A stretch of DNA of 64,000 bases from Eledone cirrhosa (Eukaryota): positions 29,946,001 to 30,010,000 of the forward strand of contig OZ024741.1 of assembly GCA_964016885.1 (NCBI GenBank). The letters are read 5' to 3'. The translations under genes and the position numbers were made by a program. Below are positions 13,161 through 25,456 of this stretch, one piece after another. The notes beneath the pieces were generated by a model. That model saw nothing but the letters and a program-made list of their open reading frames with translations, searched no databases and was not told where the DNA came from. Numbering within the stretch: the stretch's first letter is position 1; each line of letters starts with the position of its first letter.

Positions 13161-13949
13161 CGTTTGATCCTCCCAAAGTATAACAATATATACATATATA
13201 TATATGGAAATATAAAGGGGATTTCGATCCATACAATGCTAGAAGCAATCATTCAGAACTCCTATAGATTTGTATTTGTGTGTAAGTGGACGGATATGTT
13301 TGTATGAGCGACGCAAAAGCAACCTATAACTACAGAGACATGGCTAGAGCTTGCGTGGTGAGAGGGGCTTCAGCCCCTTGACTTCTATTTTCTACTAAAA
13401 GTCAAAAAGAGAATGCAAAATTCATATTGTCTATTCTTCTTCTCCTGGGAGAAAGAATGCGTTTGAAACCTGAACACTCTTCGCTAATTAAAACTAGCAG
13501 CTACACAATGACATAACCAGCAGTTGTACCACACAACCACCGGGACTGTTCGAGCTTTTAAACATTTTTTAAAGTTATATTGAAAATATTAACCTTTGGA
13601 ATTTTCATGGCCTTACCTACTTTACACTTACATATGGATTTGGTTAAGATCAACAAACGTCTTTTAAAGTCCCTTATTGTTCCAGGAACTGCCTGGGAAC
13701 AAACTCCGTATGTGTTGTGTTCCCATTTGCTCTGAATTCACTTAGTCTCTGGAAGTTGTTATTTCACAATCATCCACCTTCTTTTCAGTTGTTTTTCTGA
13801 GATTTTTTGCCCGAGATGGATGCCAGAGTTAACCCTCTATAATTACAGGTATAGTTGGATAGATTGTACCTGTTATTCAAACAGTCGATCCTGCCATACA
13901 CTATGTTATGTTGAATATCATTGAGAATTACATTAACCATACACGTGGT

Positions 13950-14240
13950 CAGGGCTAGATTTGGACGTTGCGCGGGGGGGCGGAACACTTTCGGTGTTTT
14001 ATTAGAATAAACAGCAAACATCAACCCCCCAATTTCACACCAGAAACTTTGCTTATCGCATGTAATTGGAATTGATACGTTATACATACAGGTATTAAAT
14101 GTCAAAATTCTAACCATCCTAAAACTAAAAAGTCCAGCTAAGGGCAGAAATAAATGTCTACGGCCGTCGCAAGTGAGGCCCCCACTGCAAGTGCCCCGGT
14201 GCAATTGCCCTCTTTTGGCACCATATTAAATCCGTTCCCT
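13950..14240. mobile_element. hAT-like MITE
   Basis: Degenerate TIRs CAGGGCTAGATTT / TAAATCCGTTCCCT; possible 8-bp TSD cacgtggt / caagtggc. Confidence 0.55.
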
Positions 14241-14660
14241 CAAGTGGCTATGGATTACTCGGACAGTTGTAGGAAGAATTTAAAGAGCAGGCTGTTCACT
14301 TGATCAAATAGATTAACCATTTCTTGTCTAACCCAACGTGGTACCATTTCACTGTTGTTACTTTAAAGTTTGTCTCCTTTCTTATCCAACACTACATAGT
14401 GCGCATCACACACTGTGTGTGCTTGTGTACTCTCGCCTCCCAAACAACACAGGGTGGAACAAGCGAGGAGTTGTAAAATCGGTAATTTTTCTAGGTTGTC
14501 CCCGTTGATATTTTAAGAAACCAGAATTCGTCATTTAGTTTGCATGATGAGACCCCAACCCATCCTATTTATTTTCTAGCATATGGGATTTCTAGTAATG
14601 TACTTTTTTTATCAGGTATAATATTTTTTAATGTACAAAGAATTAATTGTCGCAGGAAGG

Positions 14661-14761
<101 letters not shown>

Positions 14762-14893
14762 AATTGAGGTTGGTAATGGCACATGGAATATATAAGAGAC
14801 AGAATACTTTTTTGTGAAAAAACATATAATTTTATAAGGTAAGGGAATAATAAAGGGTATAAAAAATGACCGGTTTCGATGGGTCTACAAAAG

Positions 14894-16790
14894 AATGATT
14901 CCCACTTAGAAACAACCCTGAGATAACTATCAAAGAAGCCGATAAAGGCAGTACTTTTGTCATTATGAATAGGACCCTCGCACTTAACATTTTAGAAAAC
15001 AACACATACTATGAAAAAACAGAAAACTACAAACACACCAAAACAATGGGGAACCTTTTGACCTTACTGAATAAATACCGCAACAGCTTAACCACAAAAG
15101 AGTTTAACTATATAAGCCACTTTAAATGCAATACAAGCTCTTTTTACGGCTTACCGAAACTCCACAAATGTAAACCCATAAACGATGCATGTGACACCTC
15201 AACCAACAATTACATTGAACTAACACCACCAGAAGACCTAAAATTCAGGCCAATTGTAGCAGGCCCTACATGTGAAACCCACAGACTTAGAAACTTTCTG
15301 GACATACTACTGAAACCCTTTCTACAACATATACAGAGCTATATACGAGATGACCTTGACATGCTGAAACACCTCCCTAAAACATTAAGTGCAAATACAA
15401 TTCTTGTCTCCTTTGACGTAATAAACCTCTACACAAACATACCCCACAACTATGGAATAACAGCAGTCCAATACTGGCTTAACACACACCCATCAGAAAT
15501 ACCGACACGCATCAACACAGATTTTATCACTGACAGACTCCGCTTTATCCTACAAAATAACTACTTCACATTCAATGGTTCAACATACAGACAAGTATGA
15601 GGTACGGCAATGGGCACGAAAGTAGCACCCACATATGCCAACCTAGTCATGGGATTCCATGAACAACAAATATACAGTCAGTCCCTTCTCTTATTTGGAG
15701 ACTCTTTCCACACACACCTCAAAGCCAATTGGAAAAGATATCTAGACGACTGCTTTATCCTATGGCAAGAAGACATGAACTCACTTAATACGTTTCAAAA
15801 CATGATAAACAACATAGATAATAACATACAATTCACAATGGAATCCAATTCTAAGGAATTAGCCTTCTTGGATATTCTCATCTCTGTAATAGACGGGAAA
15901 TTAGATACAGATATATTATATAAACCCACAGATTCCAAGCAATACCTCTTTTTCACATCAAGTCACCCAAAACATACAAAACTTAACATTCCTTACAATT
16001 TGGCCAAACGTATATGTACCATAGTATCAGATCCACCTAAACGGGAGCAAAGACTAAAGGAACTAAAAGACACCCTTATCTTAAGAGCCTTTCCACTTGA
16101 AATAATCAACAATGGAATAGACAGGGCAAAACACCTAAATCCCCATCAACTTAACAATCCAAAACAGAAAACCACACTAAACACCCTGCCATATGTATCC
16201 ACTTTCAACCCCAGAAATACCGAAATGTTTGATCACCTACACAAAAACCTCCCCATCCTACTTAAAGATGTAAAAATGAAGTCTATTCTTGAAACACACA
16301 ATATCCTTAAAAGTAAAAGACAACCCAAATCACTTAAACGCATTCTCACTGGACCAAATATACCCAAACCAATCCTCAACCCTACAGTTACCAAATGTGG
16401 TAGAACAAACTGTGGAACGTGCCTCTACCTCACTGAAGGACAAACATTTACATTCAAAGATGGCCAAACATTTACAGTAAAAAACAATTTCACCTGCAAC
16501 TCGGAGAACTTGATTTACGCAATAACCTCCGGTGGGTGCAAACACAACTACATAGGACAGACGGGCACCTCATTACGCAAAAGAATGACCATCCACCGCC
16601 AACAAATCCGGGACGCTAACACAAGAAAAATCCCCTTGAGCAGCCATATTGCGAACTGCGCAGGAATAACACTACCCAACTTTAAAATCTTCCCCTTCTA
16701 CAAGTGCTCAGATTCGTTCACACAGCAACAAAGAAAATCTATTCCTTAACAAATTTAAACCAAAACTAAATGGGTTATCACCCCAATAGA
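14894..16790 (+). pseudogene. PLE reverse transcriptase + GIY-YIG endonuclease with one in-frame TGA (15598-15600) and a terminal frameshift
   Basis: EADKGS, FYGLPKLHK, FRPIVAG, SFDVINLYTNIP, GTAMGTKVAPTYANL, RYLDD, FLDI..YKPTD, CGRTNCGTC, LIYAI..YIGQTG..RKRM..H. Confidence 0.95.
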
Positions 16791-17188
16791 ATTGTCATAA
16801 AATATAGACACACATACGCACGGAATCACTACTATTAAAGACCAGAGACCAATTCTGTAGAATCAGGTTTATTCGTTGACAGACCATGCCTTTGTGTGAC
16901 CAACACATCCATGTTAAACCCTGCACGTGCACACACATATATCTATATATATATGCGCACACAGAATTCACCACTATCGGTTGCGGGGCCCAATCTACAT
17001 GAAGAACTCAATGTGATCAGAATGACTTGTATTTTAATTTCACTGTCTCAACTTCTTATATTATGGAAAAAATATATGTGTATGTATGTATATATATATA
17101 TATATTTGGAGGCCATTTCTCTGTGTGTGGGTGTATGTATGTGTATATGTGTGTGTGTGTGTATGTGTGTGCATGTGGATGTATGTAT

Positions 17189-17219
<31 letters not shown>

Positions 17220-17454
17220 GTGTATCTGGATGTATGCGTATGTGTATATATATATATATGTGTGTGTGTGTATATATATGTGTGTGTATGTGTATATATA
17301 TGTGTGTGTGTGTATGTTTGTATGTGTGTATGTATATATATGTGTGTGTGTGTGTGTATGTATGTGTGGGTGGGTGTGTATATATATATATATATATATG
17401 TGTATATATATGTGTGTGTGTGTGTGTATGTATGTGTGTATCTGGATGTATGTG

Positions 17455-17487
<33 letters not shown>

Positions 17488-17526
17488 ATGTATGTGTGTA
17501 TCTGGATGCATGTGTATATATATATA

Positions 17527-17571
<45 letters not shown>

Positions 17572-17638
17572 ATGTGTATATATGTGTGTGTGTGTGTATG
17601 TGTGTATGTATATGTATGTGTGTGTGTATGTATGTGTG

Positions 17639-17683
<45 letters not shown>

Positions 17684-18048
17684 ATGTATATGTATATGTA
17701 TGTATGTGTGGATGAAGGTATGTGTGTATATATAGGTGTAAGTGCACTAAATCCCTTTCTATCACGATCCACTCTCCTACCCACCACAGGAAGATATGTG
17801 TATGTATATTGCTTCCACCCCCTCACTGACCAGCAGCTGGCCAGTTGGCCATTGCTAAATCTCACCTTTATAAAATAACCCACACCCCAGATAACTTCTC
17901 ATTCACTACCAGAAAGGGACACAGCAGTCAACCTGTTGTTGCTACCTAGATGAAAACTACTATGAAATCCCCCAATGAATTTTATACTTGAATTTTCAAA
18001 TCTCAAACTTTAACTCTTCGTATTATTAATTTTTCTTAATATTAATCA

Positions 18049-18094
18049 ACATTTGAAAAGATCGCTTTTGTAGACCCATCGAAACCGGTCATTT
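18049..18094 (+). ncRNA. Type I hammerhead ribozyme, U3-A8 core variant
   Basis: acat-TTGAAAA-GATCG..CCATC-GAAA-CCG-GTC; same as 884-929. Confidence 0.6.
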
Positions 18095-18231
18095 TTTATA
18101 CCCGTTATTATTCCCTTACGTTATAAAATTATGTTTTTTCACAAAAAAGTATTCTGTCTCTTATATATTCCATGTGCCATTACCAACCCCAATTTTCTCT
18201 ATAACCTTCGTTTTGTGTAGAAAATTACACT

Positions 18232-18269
<38 letters not shown>

Positions 18270-18271
<2 letters not shown>

Positions 18272-18470
18272 AGATCTCTCTGCACTTGTCATCACATGGT
18301 ACCATGGGCCCAGCACTATGTGTCCATAGTTTTCACAAGTGTAGTGTTTGTACTAGAGTTTTCAAGTCGCTGGCTGGACTAAAAAGTCACACTCGTTCAG
18401 CGCAGCGGTAAGGGTACTCCTACATGGATATGAAGTAGTGGCCGTACTCGAAAACGAGTTGGCAACCACC
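18270..18470 (+). mobile_element. RTE-derived short element, 3' fragment
   Basis: Matches 24525-24724, including the C2H2 finger CSVCTRVFKSLAGLKSH and tail ctcgaaaacgagttggcaaccacc. Confidence 0.8.
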
Positions 18471-18479
18471 ATATATATA

Positions 18480-18670
18480 TATAACGAAGGAAGTGTGGTA
18501 AGGAACCAGGTGGACCATAACGCACCAGTGTACTGGATACTTTGGGTAGTAGACTGGGTAATAGGAAAGAGTCAGGACCCCGACGGCAGATCTCAAGCCT
18601 TTTCGACGGCTATTTCTGGCCGTCAAAATGGATTGAGCTCTGCCGTCAGGTTCCTGATTCTTTTCCTTTA
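18480..18670 (+). repeat. Unclassified 190 bp repeat ending in a roughly 50 bp-arm GC-rich hairpin
   Basis: aggaaagagtcaggaccccgacggcag...tttc...ctgccgtcaggttcctgattcttttcct; further copies at 24780-24968 (-) and 63588-63728. Confidence 0.8.
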
Positions 18671-18893
18671 TATATATATATATATATAAGTATGTACACG
18701 TACATACATATATGTATACGGACGTACAGTAGTATGTATATATATATATACATACATGTACACATATATATATGTATGTATGGATTCACCGAACATTTAT
18801 TATAATGCTCGGTGTGTTTGTAAACAAACATCCCGTATTAAGCCGTAGTGTCTAGCAACCATTGTTGCTCGTTTGTTCAACACTGACAAAGGA

Positions 18894-18936
18894 ACGCTGT
18901 ACTAGTTTCAAGCTTATTAGCTATCGTCAGCAACGT
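18894..18936 (-). ncRNA. Canonical type I hammerhead ribozyme
   Basis: ACGTTG-CTGACGA-T-AGCT(aata)AGCT-T-GAAA-CTA-GTA-CAGCGT; palindromic stem III ACTAGT. Confidence 0.88.
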
Positions 18937-19329
18937 ATACCTTCCTGCTAGATTGTTGAACGTATATACTTACCTTATGCATATTAACGGCTGAGTAGCC
19001 CAATTTGCATATCGAGTGAGTTAATCGGCCGGGTGCACCGAAAACGATAAACGGAAAAAATGAAACGAAATTTCATTTCCCACTCTTAGTACGGCTGTTA
19101 CTTAAATATAAGTATGTACACGTACATACATATATGTATACGGACGTACAGTAGTATGTATATATATATACATACATGCACACATATATATATGTACGTA
19201 TGGATTCACCAAACATTTATTATAATGCTCGGTGTGTTTGTAAACAAACATCCCGTATTAAGCCGTTAATATCAGCCGTTAATATGCATAAGGTAAGTAT
19301 ATACGTTCAACAATCTGGCAGGAAGGTAT

Positions 19330-19372
19330 ACGTTGCTGACGATAGCTAATAAGCTTGAAACTAGTACAGCAT
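19330..19372 (+). ncRNA. Canonical type I hammerhead ribozyme (inverted copy)
   Basis: acgttgCTGACGAtagctaataagcttGAAActaGTAcagc. Confidence 0.88.
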
Positions 19373-19788
19373 TCCTTTGTCAGTGTTGAACAAACGAGCA
19401 ACGATGGTTGCTAGACCCTACGGCTTAATACGGGATGTTTGTTTACAAACACACCGAGCATTATAATAAATGTTCGGTGAATCCATACGTACATATATAT
19501 ATGTGTGCATGTATGTATATATATATACACATACTATTGTACGTCCGTATACATATATGTATGTACGTGTACATACTTATATTTAAGTAACAGCCGTACT
19601 AAGAGTGGGAAATGAAATCTCGTTTCATGTTTTCCGTTTATATATATATATTTATATACATAGATACATACATACACACACACACACATATTCCTATTGT
19701 TTTCTCTTCTCTTATATTTTTGTCATATGCTGACTGGACACTTTCTTGTTTACAAATGTTTTTAGGCCTCATATCATGTTACCTTATT

Positions 19789-19850
19789 TTATCTGATGAG
19801 AACACAATTTTTGTACCAGGATGATGTTGTTTTCGAAATGCGCATAATAA
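19789..19850 (+). ncRNA. Type I hammerhead ribozyme, 5' pLTR of family D
   Basis: TTAT-CTGATGA-GAACACAA...TTGTTTTC-GAAA-TGCGC-ATA-ATAA; palindromic ATGCGCAT. Confidence 0.82.
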
Positions 19851-20055
19851 CATATACGGATCTTTTTTAACCATCTTTTAATTTATTCTTTATATACACT
19901 CCAGTTCTACCAACTGCTGAGTGCTACTTATTTGATATATGCATAGTATTATTGTTCTACCATATTATTCACCTCCTACATTAATCTGCTCCTTGATTGT
20001 TTGAGCGCTTACTCTTATATCGGATACTATTTATGGTCTCTACTTCTATTATAAC

Positions 20056-22646
20056 ATGGATTACTACAGCATCACACCTTCACTTACAGACATACCTATT
20101 CTGGGAAAAACTGAATACACAAAACTTTTGATAGAAAAAACGGACTCTTTCTTGCGAAGGCTTAGATGGATCACATATTTCCATGACCAGCGCATAAAAG
20201 GAAATTTTTTAGAACATAATAAGCTCGATTTATTATTTAACTCCAGAAGAAATCCTCCATTTAATAAACACTTAGCATATTTTGAAAATGAATTAACTAA
20301 AATTATACGAGCACTTAAATTCAAAAGAAACCCTTATCAAGGCCACGGACACCTTATCAACCTTAAAATAAAATTAATTGTTTCTACTATTTTGGCACAA
20401 GGCCAGCAATTACCCAGTACATTACTGGTACTTTATTTTATCGACCCCGTAAGGATGAAAGGCAAAGTTAAACTCGACGGGATTTGAACTCAGACCGTAA
20501 AGGGACGTAACTATGCTGGATATCATGGCGTCCGACCCTCTACCGATACTGCCAATTCACCGCCCTTAAGAATAAAATTAATGACCTTAATTCTTCTAAA
20601 AACGTTTTAGTTCATTCTGACAAAACAAATAATTTATATGGCTTAAGTAAGGATAAATATAATAACCTTATCGTTAAGGAACTAAGAAAAAATTATTGCA
20701 AAACCACCCACAATAATCTTGAGTCTATTAATTTCGAAGCATATGAGATTATTACCAAACTTGGTATCGGGAAAAAAACAGAACCCTTCTTCCCAAGAAT
20801 TCAGAGGAATAATCTGAAAGATCACAAAACAAATTTTCGAACTGACTTGCCTGTAAGATTAATTGCCCCTTCTAAATCTGACCTGGGGATTGTTAGTAAA
20901 TCCATCTTGGATAGAATTATCCCACAAGTTTGCGCTAATTCTCAATTAAATTTAGGGTCGGGTTCTTCTGATGTGTTAGACTGGTTCAATGACCTGAATA
21001 ATAAAAATAAACTAAAATTTATTCAGTTAGACATTGTTAGTTATTACTCTTCTATCTCTCATTCACTCCTTAACAAGGCTCTCTCATATGCGTCTAAATA
21101 ATCGGACATCACTACTGATGAATTGAAAAACATTCTCACTGCTAGGAAAACCATCATGGAATTTAACAATGAATATTGGACAAGAGCTGATACTTCCAAC
21201 AATTTTGACATCGCCCTGGGTTCGTCGGATTCAGCGCAATTGACAGACTTGGTTGGAATTTTCATCTTGAACTCTTTAAATCGGAACATTCCTCAACTTC
21301 GCGGTGGAATATATCGTGATGATGCCATTTTTACCGTCTTAAATTGTAACAAAGTAAACCTTAATATTATTAAGAAAAATATACTTGAATTATTTAACCA
21401 TTTTAACCTAAAAATAGAATTTGAGAATAAGGATAAATTAGCAAATTTCCTAGATACATCCCTTAATCTAGATACCGGCCTATATTATCCATACCATAAG
21501 GATAACGAGAACCTAAATTATGTTAACTTTAAATCAAACCACCCTAATAATGATAAAACTGCTATAGTCAGAAGTGTTGAAAATAGAATTTCTAATTTAT
21601 CCTCTAATAAACATATATTCGATGCAAATGCCAACTACTATAATAATGCGTTATCTAGGGCTGGATATCCAGACAAAATTAAATACACTAAGGATAATAA
21701 TCTTGGCAGAACTTATAGTAATGTAGCAAGAATACCACTAACATAAAGAGGAGACCTAGATATAAAAAATATAATTTGGTACAACGTTCCCTTCTCTCTT
21801 TCACTTATTAGTAATATCCCTAAATTATTTTTTAGGGCTTTAGATAACAGCTTCCCCCCTTCACATATTTATAGCAATATTTTCAATAACCATACCATTA
21901 AATTCTCATGTTTCACGACTTCCAACGTTTCACAAATTATCTCTAGACATAATTCTAAAATATTAAATAATAACTCATATGCATCCAACCATGAGAGTCA
22001 TAATAATAACACTCTAAGGCCCGACGTCAATGTAAACTCTAGGCAAAATAATTTAAATATAAATACCACGTCAAACGTATCTTTGAGGAATACTTCAAAT
22101 AGTAATGTAAATCAGGAAACTTTATCACTTCCTTTAGTGAATTCCATCACCCCAGTTCCTATTATAAATAATCCTGGGCCACTGGTAAATAACTCTGTTA
22201 ATAATCTTAATCATAAATGCAACTGCCCTATTAGAACTAATTGTCCTCTTAGTAATTTCTGTCTCGATGAAAACTTAATATATGAATATAAAGTGGTAAC
22301 TTATACCAATACCTATACCTTCATTGGCTCTATTTCTACTTCTTTTAAAGCAAGACTCTATAACCATTCTTCTACATTTAAATATCCACTTAAAAGAACC
22401 AGCACTGCACTCTCAGAACTTATTTGGTCCTCAAAAGACAAAAACATTAATTACGAAATCTCTTGGTGTAAAATTTTCAACGCTTTACCTTACTCCAACG
22501 CTTCCATATCTAAGGTCTGTAATTTATGTCTAGCTGAAAAATTTACCATTATCTCGAATTTCAACTCTTTAATAAATAGACGTATGGACTTATTTGCTCT
22601 CTGTATTCATACATCTTTTAAGACCTTTCACAAAGTATACAGCTAA
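20056..22646 (+). pseudogene. PLE RT (YRDD catalytic motif) + Cys-rich linker + GIY-YIG; SINE-disrupted with stops
   Basis: LIEKTDSFLRRLRW, KDHK, RLIAPSKSDLG, IQLDIVSYYSSI, ALGSSDSAQL, GGIYRDDAI, NFLD, CNCPIRTNCPLSNFCL, LIY..FIG, CNLCLAEK. Confidence 0.92.
20379..20563 (-). mobile_element. Full-length SINE S1 inserted into the PLE ORF, with TSD
   Basis: A box tggcagtatcgg and B box gagttcaaatc on minus; TSD aataaaattaat at 20367-20378 and 20571-20582. Confidence 0.9.
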
Positions 22647-22947
22647 TGTCCTATAACTTATTCTACGAATAACAGTTAATCTTTTTTACACATAATTTTT
22701 TTTACACATATATATTTGCACATATATCTTTTCACACATATTTTCTCACATATTTCATTATATTCTACAATGTATTAATCCTCTTTTCTTTGCATCATTA
22801 AGCCTTTAACCTTCTTTTTCTATTGACGTTAATTTTTTCGTTCAAACCTTCGTAGATTTTGTAAACAATCTATGACGTCATATGTTTTTTACGTTTAAAC
22901 GTTTCTAGCTATTTCCTTTATTTACTTGTTGATATAAAATATTAAAA

Positions 22948-23137
22948 TAATTGTTTCTACTTTTGGCACAAGGCCAGCAATTATTCCAGTGCATTACTGG
23001 TACTTTATTTTATCGACCCCGTAAGGATGAAAGGCAAAGTTAACCTCGGCGGGATTTGAACTCAAATTATAAAGGGAGGTAACTCCATGCTTCAAAGCAT
23101 GGCGCCCGACCCTCTACCGATACTGCCAATCCACCAA
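22948..23137 (-). mobile_element. SINE S1
   Basis: Similar to 20379-20563. Confidence 0.88.
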
Positions 23138-23256
23138 ATAATGATCTAATACTATACCCCACATATATACATTTTTAATAGTAATTTTTAAGTTTGATAT
23201 AGATGGACTATTCTTATTTTTATTTATTATTTATTATTTTTTATTCTAGTCTATCT

Positions 23257-23490
23257 TATTTTATTTTATTTTATTTTATTTTATTTTATTTTATTTTATT
23301 TTATTTTATTTTATTTTATTTTACTTTATTTTATTTTATTTTAGTTTATCTTATTTTATTTTATTTAAAAAAAAACTTTTTTATAATTATTATAATTTTT
23401 ATTTTTAATTTAATTTTTATTTCTATTTTATTTTTATTTTACTTTTATTTTATTTTATTTTACTTTATTTTATTTTATTTTATTTTATTT
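23257..23490. repeat. (TTTTA)n pentanucleotide repeat
   Basis: Directly visible. Confidence 0.9.
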
Positions 23491-23907
23491 ATTAATACAT
23501 TTTTACAATTCTTAATCCAATTTTTAGCATTCAAACTCAATAATAAATAATATACCCAGTTTATATATTCTAGACATCTAATATTCTTTATATTAGCACA
23601 TTCACCTCATCAATCTATTTATTTATATATTTATTTTTATGTTTATTTTTATTTTTATTATATATATATATATGTTTAGCCGTTATTCATTTCTGGACAG
23701 CGTTCCCGATCAAAACTATTTCTCTCTCTTTCTCTTTCTCCTCCCTCCTTCTTTCTTTCCTTTTCCTCTTCTATTTCTTTTCCTTTATCCTTCTTCTTTC
23801 CTTTTCTTCATTTTTCTTATTTTTTCTCTTCTCTTATATTTTTGTCATATGTTGACTGGACAATTTCTTGTTCATAAGTATTTTTAGGCCCCATATCATG
23901 TTACCTT

Positions 23908-23976
23908 ATATTATTTGATGAAAAAACAATTTTTGTCCCAGGATGATGATGTTTTCGAAATACGCATAATAAAATA
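23908..23976 (+). ncRNA. HHR copy in 3' pLTR of family D (TTGATGA, degenerate)
   Basis: Copy of 19789-19850. Confidence 0.55.
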
Positions 23977-24024
23977 TACGGAACATTTAAAACCATCTTT
24001 TAGTTTCTTTTTTATATATATATG

Positions 24025-24121
<97 letters not shown>

Positions 24122-24146
24122 CTTTTCGACGGAATTACTTCATTTA

Positions 24147-24201
<55 letters not shown>

Positions 24202-24317
24202 CTTTTCGACGGAATTACTTCATTTATATTTATATATATATATATATATAAATAGATATATATATATATATATATATATATGTGTCTGTGTGTGTGTGTG
24301 TATGTATATATGTATGT

Positions 24318-24724
24318 ATGAGATGACGCCTTAGCCTTTGTCAAGGCAGAATTCTAGGAGAAGGACAACTCTGATATAACACCTGCAAACCTGATGGTAT
24401 CCAATGATGTTGACTAGTTCTTCTTTTTGGTAAATATCATCTTGGTTAAGAGAGTGGGACTGGCTTTGTGCAGTACCTTTGCTCATTATAATAACTTCAC
24501 GGCACAGGCATTGCTTTATATCTGGAGATCTCTCTGCACTTGTCGTCACATGGTACCATGGGCCCAGCACTGTGTCAATAACTGTCACAAGTGTAGTGTT
24601 TGTACCAGAGTTTTCAAGTCGCTGGCTGGACTAAAAAGTCACACACGTTCAGCGCATCGGTAGGGGTTCTCCTACATGGATGTAAAGTAGTGGCCGTACT
24701 CGAAAACGAGTTGGCAGCCACCAT
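24318..24724 (+). mobile_element. RTE-derived short non-autonomous element
   Basis: ctaggagaaggacaactctgatataacacc, C2H2 finger HKCSVCTRVFKSLAGLKSHTRSAHR*, (TATG)n tail. Confidence 0.75.
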
Positions 24725-24779
24725 GTATGTATGTATGTATGTATGTATGTATGTATGTATGTATGTATGTATGTATGTA

Positions 24780-24965
24780 TATAGGAAAATAATCAGGACC
24801 CCGACGACAGAGCTCAAGCCATTTTGACGGCCAGAAATAGCCGTCGAAAGGGCTTGAGCTCTGCCGTCGGGGTCCTGAATCTTGACTAATACTCACTCTA
24901 CTACCCAAAGTATAGAGTACACTGGTGCGTTATGGTCCACCTGGTTACTTACTGCACTTCCTTTG

Positions 24966-24968
<3 letters not shown>
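24780..24968 (-). repeat. Hairpin-ended 190 bp repeat, copy 2
   Basis: Reverse complement of 18480-18670. Confidence 0.8.
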
Positions 24969-25032
<64 letters not shown>

Positions 25033-25058
25033 TGTAATAAACAACATAAGGCAATTAT

Positions 25059-25117
25059 TTCTTTTACCAGTGGTTTCTTAAAAGCAAACAAATTTTGCTT
25101 TCAATCATCAGAATGAA
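25059..25117 (-). ncRNA. Type I hammerhead ribozyme in a solo pLTR-like fragment
   Basis: ttcatt-CTGATGA-TTGAAAGCAAA(atttg)TTTGCTTTTAA-GAAA-CCACTG-GTA-aaagaa. Confidence 0.78.
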
Positions 25118-25298
25118 GAGATCCTGGTGTATTTATTGACATTGGATTTAAAAAAACAAAAATGTAATCTATATGAAAGTGAGGCTGGAAAAGGAAGGAG
25201 GAAAGGTAAAATAAACACACAAGCACACACACACACACATAATTACATACACACACATATATACATACACATATATATACATACCCACATGCACACAC

Positions 25299-25329
<31 letters not shown>

Positions 25330-25456
25330 TACATACATATACACATACACATATACACACATATATATCAACATATCCATACATACACATATACACAAAC
25401 ACGCACACACACACACATGCATATATATATATATATATATACACAATCATACACAT

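Larger units (their letters stand above)
18688..19640. mobile_element. HHR-bearing non-coding repeat (422 bp unit, about 1.4 copies, then an inversion); retrozyme-like
   Basis: 18688-18846 repeats at 19110-19266; 19272-19640 inverted; same family at 62803-63560. Confidence 0.85.
19695..24010 (+). mobile_element. Near full-length Penelope-like element family D with direct pLTRs (about 19695-19895 and 23815-24010)
   Basis: Direct repeats with HHR flank the RT-GIY-YIG ORF; two nested SINEs. Confidence 0.9.

Noticed and set aside
15598-15600. In-frame TGA in the PLE RT as possible selenocysteine or readthrough (also TGA at 32221)
   Set aside because: The position (YRQV*GTAMG) is not a Cys site, CGA>TGA decay is the simpler explanation, no SECIS was recognised and the ORF has another frameshift
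24427-24663. Host C2H2 zinc-finger gene
   Set aside because: A single finger inside a four-copy retroelement tail
24815-24860. GACGGC/GCCGTC-GAAA as HHR stem II
   Set aside because: No CUGANGA-like core upstream; it is the tip of a long simple hairpin
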